Shown here one piece after another: positions 57,912 to 64,000 of a DNA stretch of 64,000 nucleotides; within the stretch, counting starts at the first letter, position 1; the number at the start of each line of letters is the position of its first letter. Both the position numbers and the translations under genes were made by a program. Below the pieces are notes generated by a model. That model was not told the origin of the DNA and ran no database searches. It was given only the letters and a program-made list of their open reading frames with translations. Source of the stretch: an uncultured Bacteroidota bacterium (GTDB taxonomy: Bacteria; Bacteroidota; Bacteroidia; NS11-12g; UBA9320); the NCBI GenBank assembly GCA_937124965.1, contig CAKZLB010000046.1, forward strand, positions 100,776 through 164,775, written 5' to 3'.

Positions 57912-58403
57912 ATGAAATCAATGTACAGAGCCCTATTTTTTCTCCTCTTTTTTGCAAGTGCATCATTGACTTCTAAAGCACAGTTCAACCAACAATGTGT
58001 TGATTCTGGGAGAGTTGACCCCTTCTTTCAGTGCAACGATCCAAGTTTCTTACCTGTATGTGGTTGTAATTTGGTAACTTATAGAAACGAATGTGTAGCT
58101 AATAGAAACGGTGGTGTCAACTTCATCAATTCAGACGGAGTTTGCCCAAACGACTACATTTACGCGGAAATTTTCCCGACAATTGTTACAGACTATATTA
58201 CCCTTTACCTGCAGTTTTACGAAAAAGGTTCAGCCTTTATACAGATACGTGACACCTATGGCAAAATTATGTTTAGCCAAAATTACTTGTCTCTCACTTC
58301 ACGTATGTTTAGCCTCGATCGAAGTGGGTATGGAACTGGAATTTATTATGTCCTAGTCTCAGCAGGTAACGTTCAAAAAATTCTAAAATTTGTAGTTTTA
58401 TAA
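57912..58403 (+). CDS. Secreted Kazal-type protease-inhibitor domain protein with T9SS C-terminal sorting domain
   Basis: Signal peptide. Kazal core CNDPSFLPVCGCNLVTYRNECVANRNGGVNFINSDGVCP. C-terminal ~80 aa ...GIYYVLVSAGNVQKILKFVVL resemble a Por secretion tail. Confidence 0.6.
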   Translation: MKSMYRALFFLLFFASASLTSKAQFNQQCVDSGRVDPFFQCNDPSFLPVCGCNLVTYRNECVANRNGGVNFINSDGVCPNDYIYAEIFPTIVTDYITLYLQFYEKGSAFIQIRDTYGKIMFSQNYLSLTSRMFSLDRSGYGTGIYYVLVSAGNVQKILKFVVL

Positions 58404-58404
58404 T

Positions 58405-59247
58405 ATGCGATTAGCAGCAATTCATACCGGTAATTTCAGATTAGATGGAGGCGCCATGTTTGGTGTTGTTCCAAAGGTTATATGGCAACGTTATAACCAA
58501 CCCGATGAAAACAATTTATGTAATTGGGCAATGCGCTGTCTTTTAGTTGAAGATGGTGATCGACTTATACTTATAGATAATGGCATTGGAGATAAACAAA
58601 GCGAAAAATTCTTCGGCTACTATTTCTTAAACGGCGAACAATCACTCAAAAACTCGTTGCACAAAGCAGGAGTTGATTTTGACGACATCACCGATGTGGT
58701 TTTAACGCATCTTCATTTTGACCATTGCGGAGGAAGCGTGCATTGGAATTCCGGAAAGACGCACATCGAACCTACGTTTAAAAACGCAACCTATTGGAGT
58801 CATGAAGGCCATTGGAATCATGCTATAAACCCTAACCCAAGAGAAAAAGCATCCTTTTTGTCAGAAAACATTTTACCCATAAAAGAAAGCGGACAATTAA
58901 AATTTGTTGGAGACGATTTGAAAATTTCCGATAATATTTCTATGATTTTAGCAAACGGACATACTGAAAAGATGATGTGTCCAAAAATTCAATACAAAGA
59001 TCAAACATTAGTATTTGCTGCGGATATGATTCCTTCAGCAGCTCACGTCCCTCCACACTATGCAATGGGTTACGACATTCGACCATTAGTTCGTATGGAA
59101 GAAAATGCAGCATTTTTACAAGAGGCCGTCGACAATGATTACACCTTGTTTTATGAGCATGATTTAATGAATGAATGTGGCAAAATCACGCTGAACAACG
59201 GTAAGTTTAAAGCTGGAGAAGTTTTCCCTCTTTCAGAATTTATTTAA
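58405..59247 (+). CDS. MBL-fold metallo-hydrolase
   Basis: THLHFDHCGG motif, downstream His ligands (ANGHTEKMM) and Asp (AADMIPS). Confidence 0.8.
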   Translation: MRLAAIHTGNFRLDGGAMFGVVPKVIWQRYNQPDENNLCNWAMRCLLVEDGDRLILIDNGIGDKQSEKFFGYYFLNGEQSLKNSLHKAGVDFDDITDVVLTHLHFDHCGGSVHWNSGKTHIEPTFKNATYWSHEGHWNHAINPNPREKASFLSENILPIKESGQLKFVGDDLKISDNISMILANGHTEKMMCPKIQYKDQTLVFAADMIPSAAHVPPHYAMGYDIRPLVRMEENAAFLQEAVDNDYTLFYEHDLMNECGKITLNNGKFKAGEVFPLSEFI

Positions 59248-59254
59248 CACATAT

Positions 59255-59689
59255 ATGCCTATTGAAGTTGGTTTAATCGAATTCAATTCGGAGCAATATA
59301 TCGAGTCCGTAGCCTTACGTCAGGATGTTTTGCGAACACCATTGGGACTAAAATTTACCAAAGAAAATATGGTAACCGACGAGCATGAATATCACCTGGC
59401 TGCTACAGATGGTGAAAAGCTGGTGGGAATATTATTGCTTAGACCAATTAACGACGATGTGGTTAAAATGCGCCAAGTAGCCGTAAGTCATGAGGTTCAA
59501 GGCCAAGGAATTGGAAAATTAATGGTTAAACATTCAGAAGAATTAGCTAAAAACCTTGGGTTTAATTTACTTGAATTAAATGCTCGTAAAGTAGCACTAG
59601 ACTTCTACTTGTCGCAAGGATATTCTATTGAAGGTGAGGAATTTCTAGAAATTGGCATTCCGCATTTTAAAATGTTCAAACGCCTATAA
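59255..59689 (+). CDS. GNAT-family N-acetyltransferase
   Basis: Acetyl-CoA motif A VAVSHEVQGQGIGKLMVKHSEELAKNLG. Confidence 0.8.
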   Translation: MPIEVGLIEFNSEQYIESVALRQDVLRTPLGLKFTKENMVTDEHEYHLAATDGEKLVGILLLRPINDDVVKMRQVAVSHEVQGQGIGKLMVKHSEELAKNLGFNLLELNARKVALDFYLSQGYSIEGEEFLEIGIPHFKMFKRL

Positions 59690-59719
59690 ATCAAACGTTT
59701 TTCTTTTCTTTGTCGCTTC

Positions 59720-61465
59720 TTGGAAACAAATTCAAAATCACCTACCCTTTTGTCTGAGCTGCGAGCTTTAAGTATCGATATGCTTCCTCAATATTGTGAC
59801 GATTATCGTCAGTTTTTGATCAATGAAATCCAATTACACGGCGGCCATTTTAGTGCAAACCTGGGAACTGTAGAACTTACCGTTGCGCTTCATTATGTCC
59901 TAAACACTCCAACCGATCAACTCATATGGGACGTTGGACATCAGTCGTATTTACATAAAATTATTACTGGAAGGAAAAATCAGTTCCATACCATTCGAAA
60001 GAAAAATGGGTTAAGTGGTTTTCCAAGCAGAAGTGAAAGTGAATTTGACACTTTTGGAACAGGCCACTCAAGCACATCCATAAGTGCTATTTTAGGAATG
60101 GCTGAAGCAGACAAACTATTAGGATTTAAAAGACAACATGTTGCAGTTATTGGCGATGGAAGTTTAACGGGTGGAATGGCTTGGGAAGCATTGAACAACG
60201 CGGCAGTAAGCGATACAAACGTTTTGATCATCATCAATGATAACCAAATGGGTATCGACCCTAATGCTGGTGCACTGAACCAATATCTACAAGATCTAAA
60301 GCCTAATGATAATTTTTTTATCGACTTAGGTTTTGACTATTTCCACACAAAAGATGGCCATAACGTAACGGAATTAGTATCCACGTTACAATCACTCATA
60401 GACATCAACAAACCTAAAATTTGGCACATTAAGACTGTCAAAGGCAAAGGATATCAGCCAGCTGAAGATGAACAAACGAAATGGCATTCCGTGAAGTATG
60501 TAAAAGTTGGTGGTGACAAAAAACTTCATGAAGGTGATAAATTTCAGGATGTATTTGGGTTAACGCTGCTAGATCTGGCTTCGAAAGATAAAAAAGTAGT
60601 TGGTGTTACCCCAGCTATGCCTTCAGGTTGCTCGATGAAAATTTTGATGGACGCTTACCCAGCACAAGCGTTTGACGTTGGAATTGCAGAACAACACGCA
60701 GTTACTTTTTCGGCAGGATTAGCAGCTAACGGTCTTACCCCTTTTTGCAACATTTACAGTACATTTTTACAACGAGGTTATGATCAGGTAATTCATGACG
60801 TATGCCTTCAAAACTTGCCCGTTATTTTTTGCCTAGATCGCGCCGGAGTGGTCGGCGAAGACGGTGCTACACATCATGGTTTGTTCGATATTGCATTTTT
60901 AAATTGCATACCAAAGGTTACCATAGTTGCGCCTTCAAATGAAGTTGAACTAAGAAACCTAATGTTTTCATCCATATCATGGAATAGGCCTGTTGCCATA
61001 CGCTACCCTAAGGGATTTGGCAAATTAAAACACTGGCGAAAGGATTTCGATAAAATTGAATTCAAGCAATCAAAGACCATCAACTCTGGAGAGGATGTCT
61101 GTATTTTAGCTATTGGCCCAATGGTCGATTCTGCGTTACAAGTTGCTGAAAAGCTTTTGACAGAAGGTGTTTCTGTTGAAGTGATTGACGTTCGATTTAT
61201 TAAACCCTTAGATGACGTTCGATTGCACGAAGTTTTTGCAAAATTTGAAATAATTATAACCATTGAAGATGGGACCCTAGTTGGAGGTTTTGGATCCAGC
61301 ATACTGGCTTTCAGCAATCTAAACGGTTATTCAAGTCAAATAACAACCTTAGGTTTTCCGGACGAATTCATTGGTCACGCTACTCGAGAAGAGTTGTTAG
61401 AAATGTATAACTTAGATTCTGAAGGACTCTTTCAAACTATCAAAGAAACTATCCAGCCAAAATAA
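59720..61465 (+). CDS. dxs: 1-deoxy-D-xylulose-5-phosphate synthase
   Basis: GGHFSANLGTVELTVALHYV, TPP-binding GDGSLTGGMAWEALN...IINDNQMGI, and transketolase pyrimidine and C-terminal domains. Apparent TTG start. Confidence 0.9.
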   Translation: METNSKSPTLLSELRALSIDMLPQYCDDYRQFLINEIQLHGGHFSANLGTVELTVALHYVLNTPTDQLIWDVGHQSYLHKIITGRKNQFHTIRKKNGLSGFPSRSESEFDTFGTGHSSTSISAILGMAEADKLLGFKRQHVAVIGDGSLTGGMAWEALNNAAVSDTNVLIIINDNQMGIDPNAGALNQYLQDLKPNDNFFIDLGFDYFHTKDGHNVTELVSTLQSLIDINKPKIWHIKTVKGKGYQPAEDEQTKWHSVKYVKVGGDKKLHEGDKFQDVFGLTLLDLASKDKKVVGVTPAMPSGCSMKILMDAYPAQAFDVGIAEQHAVTFSAGLAANGLTPFCNIYSTFLQRGYDQVIHDVCLQNLPVIFCLDRAGVVGEDGATHHGLFDIAFLNCIPKVTIVAPSNEVELRNLMFSSISWNRPVAIRYPKGFGKLKHWRKDFDKIEFKQSKTINSGEDVCILAIGPMVDSALQVAEKLLTEGVSVEVIDVRFIKPLDDVRLHEVFAKFEIIITIEDGTLVGGFGSSILAFSNLNGYSSQITTLGFPDEFIGHATREELLEMYNLDSEGLFQTIKETIQPK

Positions 61466-62135
61466 CCCCTTTGGCCCAAGTCAATGCAATTTTAGCCTGC
61501 TCATCACGCGTCATTTCCGTATTATTCAGTACAATGGCATCTGGTGCTTGCATCAACGGACTATTTTCTCTCGAAGAGTCAAATCGATCACGATGAATTA
61601 CATTTTCATAAATCTCCTGTAAATCAGCTTCTATGTCTTTTGACTTTAACTCTAAATAACGCCTTTTCGCTCGAACCATTGGTTCTGCCGTCATAAATAT
61701 TTTTAGTTCTGCATCTGGGAAAACTACAGTTCCGATATCACGACCATCCATAACAACTCCCTTGTCCTCTCCCATTTTTTGTTGTTTGTTAACAAGATAG
61801 TTACGCACCTCTTTAACTGCACTAACTTCACTCACCCACTTCGAAACTTGCATGCCGCGTATCTCAGACTCAACATTTTCACCGTTTAAGTAAGTGTTGT
61901 AAAAACCTATCATCGGATCTAGTCTAAAATCAATGTCAATCTCCAGGAGCAAACTGGGATTTTTCGGAATTTCGTCAAGAGTAATTTGGTGTTGAATAAG
62001 ATATAGCGTTACCGCACGATACATCGCACCAGAATCAATAAACATGTAACCTAACTCTTTTGCTAAGTTTTTTGCTAAAGTCCCTTTGCCACAACTGGAG
62101 TGACCATCAATAGCTATGTTTATTTTTCGTGACAT
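61449..62135 (-). CDS. cmk: Cytidylate kinase
   Basis: INIAIDGHSSCGKGTLAKNLAKELGYMFIDSGAMYRAVT P-loop/NMP region. Convergent 17-nt overlap with dxs. Confidence 0.9.
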   Translation of the reverse strand: MSRKINIAIDGHSSCGKGTLAKNLAKELGYMFIDSGAMYRAVTLYLIQHQITLDEIPKNPSLLLEIDIDFRLDPMIGFYNTYLNGENVESEIRGMQVSKWVSEVSAVKEVRNYLVNKQQKMGEDKGVVMDGRDIGTVVFPDAELKIFMTAEPMVRAKRRYLELKSKDIEADLQEIYENVIHRDRFDSSRENSPLMQAPDAIVLNNTEMTRDEQAKIALTWAKGVILAG

Positions 62136-62287
62136 ACACTTTAGATTTAGCGGGCAATATAACAGAAGTTTTATTAAATGACATTTCTAAATCGATTAAT
62201 TTGAATTCAAATAATTGAAAATTTGGTTCGTATACAATCCAATTTATCTCAACATAAACTGTTCATTTGATTAAATTTGTCCCCATT

Positions 62288-63943
62288 ATGACAACCTCAA
62301 TGAGTTTATATACAAAACACGAAGAGTTATTAGAGCAAGCAGTAAAGGCACTACATACTAGAACCTACTACACTCCTTATCCAGAGCACCCAAAAGCTTA
62401 TCCAGCGGAAGCGAACGATAAAGGAAAAGATTGGTTTGCAGGAATGATGAACCAAGATTTTAAGGAATTAAATATCGAAAGTAATTCTTGGATTGGAGAA
62501 GAAGTTTCGCCTTACTTTCAAACTGGTATTGGAGTTACATACCCATCTCTTTCGGTTGACTCACTTGTTGAAAACGCAACCAATGCAAAAACATGGAAAT
62601 CTACTCCTGTAAAAGAGCGAGCAGCTCTGTTGATAGAATCTCTTGAACGAGTAAAAGAAAGATACTTCGATATCGCATACGCAACTATGCATACCACCGG
62701 TCAAAGCTTCATGATGGCATTTCAAGCTTCTGGACCACATGCAAATGACCGTGCACTTGAAGCAATTGCAATGGGATATCATGAAATAAATCGATTCCCT
62801 TCAGAAACTGAATGGGTTAAGCCAATGGGCAAATTTGATTTAACACTTAAAAAGACTTGGAAAGCTGAGCCAAAAGGTATCGCATTAGTTATTGGATGCT
62901 CTACATTTCCTACATGGAATACGGTTCCAGGAATGTATGCAAGTTTAATTACTGGCAACCCTGTGATTATAAAACCTCACCCAAAAGCGATTTTACCTAT
63001 TGCTGTTGTTGTTGCGGAACTACGAAATGTATTGGTAGAAAATGGCCTAAATCCAGATATTATTCAACTTGCTGTTGATACCGTTTCAAACCCAATAACC
63101 AAACAATTAGCTGAACATAAAGCCGTAAAGTTGATTGATTATACTGGAGGAAACGTTTTTGGCGACTATATCGAGAGCTTAAACAAAACAACGTTTACGG
63201 AAAAAGCAGGTGTAAATAGTGTAATACTTGATTCAGCTAAAGACATTAAATCGGTTGCACAAAACATTGCATTTTCAGCCTCATTATACTCTGGTCAGAT
63301 GTGTACAGCACCCCAAAACATTTATGTACCGGAAGAAGGTATTGAAACAGAAGAAGGACATGTATCCTTTGATGAAGTAACCAAGCACGTTGCAGCTGCA
63401 ATTGAAGGTTTAGTAAATCACCCTAAAATGGGTGCTGGTACACTAGGTGGAATTCAGAACGATAGTACTATTAAACGCATAGAAGATGGAGGAAACTTTG
63501 GTGGAACATTAGCTTTAGGTGGCCAAGAGATTTCAAATCCTGAATTTGAAAATACTCGGTTGTTTACTCCTCGAGTAATCGCTACGGATCACACGAACAA
63601 AGAAGCTTATAGCCAAGAGTGTTTTGGTCCTATCGTTTTTGTTGTTAAAACCAAAAATAGAAATCACTCCGTTGAAATTGCTGCTGAATTAGCGGAAACA
63701 AAGGGAGCGCTTACATGTCTTGCGTACTCAACAGATTCAGATATGATGAACACCATCGAAAATCGAATGAACGAAGCATTTACTCCTGTCTCTTTTAATT
63801 TTGGAGGAGCGGCTTTTGTCAATCAACATGCTGCATTCAGCGACTTTCACGTAACTGGCGGGAACCCTGCAGGAAATGCTAGTTTTACAAATCCTGAATA
63901 CGTAAATAAGCGCTTTGTTTGGGTGGGTAATCGTTATGCATAA
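62288..63943 (+). CDS. PaaN-like ring-opening/semialdehyde aldehyde dehydrogenase family protein
   Basis: N-terminal block LYTKHEELLEQAVKALHTRTYYTPYPEHPKAY, an ALDH-like fold and catalytic Cys region SGQMCTAPQNIYVP. Alternative start at 62267. Confidence 0.6.
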   Translation: MTTSMSLYTKHEELLEQAVKALHTRTYYTPYPEHPKAYPAEANDKGKDWFAGMMNQDFKELNIESNSWIGEEVSPYFQTGIGVTYPSLSVDSLVENATNAKTWKSTPVKERAALLIESLERVKERYFDIAYATMHTTGQSFMMAFQASGPHANDRALEAIAMGYHEINRFPSETEWVKPMGKFDLTLKKTWKAEPKGIALVIGCSTFPTWNTVPGMYASLITGNPVIIKPHPKAILPIAVVVAELRNVLVENGLNPDIIQLAVDTVSNPITKQLAEHKAVKLIDYTGGNVFGDYIESLNKTTFTEKAGVNSVILDSAKDIKSVAQNIAFSASLYSGQMCTAPQNIYVPEEGIETEEGHVSFDEVTKHVAAAIEGLVNHPKMGAGTLGGIQNDSTIKRIEDGGNFGGTLALGGQEISNPEFENTRLFTPRVIATDHTNKEAYSQECFGPIVFVVKTKNRNHSVEIAAELAETKGALTCLAYSTDSDMMNTIENRMNEAFTPVSFNFGGAAFVNQHAAFSDFHVTGGNPAGNASFTNPEYVNKRFVWVGNRYA

Positions 63944-64000
63944 TTTCCGTTGGTCAATTACCACAATCGGATTATAAAACGATAACACTTCAGAGCATAA

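Noticed and set aside
1-64000. CRISPR arrays, tRNA/rRNA genes, transposases, integrases
   Set aside because: No spacer-repeat periodicity, no tRNA T-loop/acceptor signatures in intergenic regions, and no transposase or integrase motifs in any ORF. In particular, none lie within the repeat-flanked 44.9-48.2 kb segment.

Overview
AT-rich chromosomal window of a Bacteroidetes genome (Flavobacteriia/Cytophagia-like), based on the many T9SS C-terminal sorting domains and a TAnnTTTG -7 promoter motif. It encodes about 55 genes. Housekeeping genes recognised from motifs are purA, fur, rel/spoT, rnhB, icd, lpdA, serS, dxs and cmk, plus a class-III aminotransferase fragment, an Ldh_2 dehydrogenase, saccharopine dehydrogenase, MepA, NamZ and a FtsX/LolE-type permease. 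A large share of the window is cell-surface and secretion content: six predicted T9SS cargo proteins (including two tandem giant type-B 'gliding-motility CTD' paralogs of 1291 and 1587 aa), a PorQ-like beta-barrel, a TonB-dependent receptor, an ECF sigma factor with an unusual membrane/beta-barrel partner, and an ArnT-like/GT2/flippase-like glycosylation trio. The main non-routine observations are as follows. First, a ~3.1 kb segment carrying a TPR-adenylate cyclase is bracketed by ~160-bp direct repeats, each made of a terminator hairpin plus the last ~25 codons of icd, i.e. an e14-like integration or duplication scar at the icd 3' end. Second, a ~290-bp GC-rich, ORF-free element sits inside that segment and is a candidate structured RNA of unknown class. 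Third, a solitary AbiH-family abortive-infection gene lies next to serS. Fourth, a Kazal inhibitor domain is fused to a T9SS sorting domain. Fifth, there is a heptamer microsatellite. Sixth, there is an operon of small basic lipoprotein, AIM24, subtilisin and an outer-membrane barrel. No CRISPR array, tRNA, rRNA, transposase or integrase was recognised.
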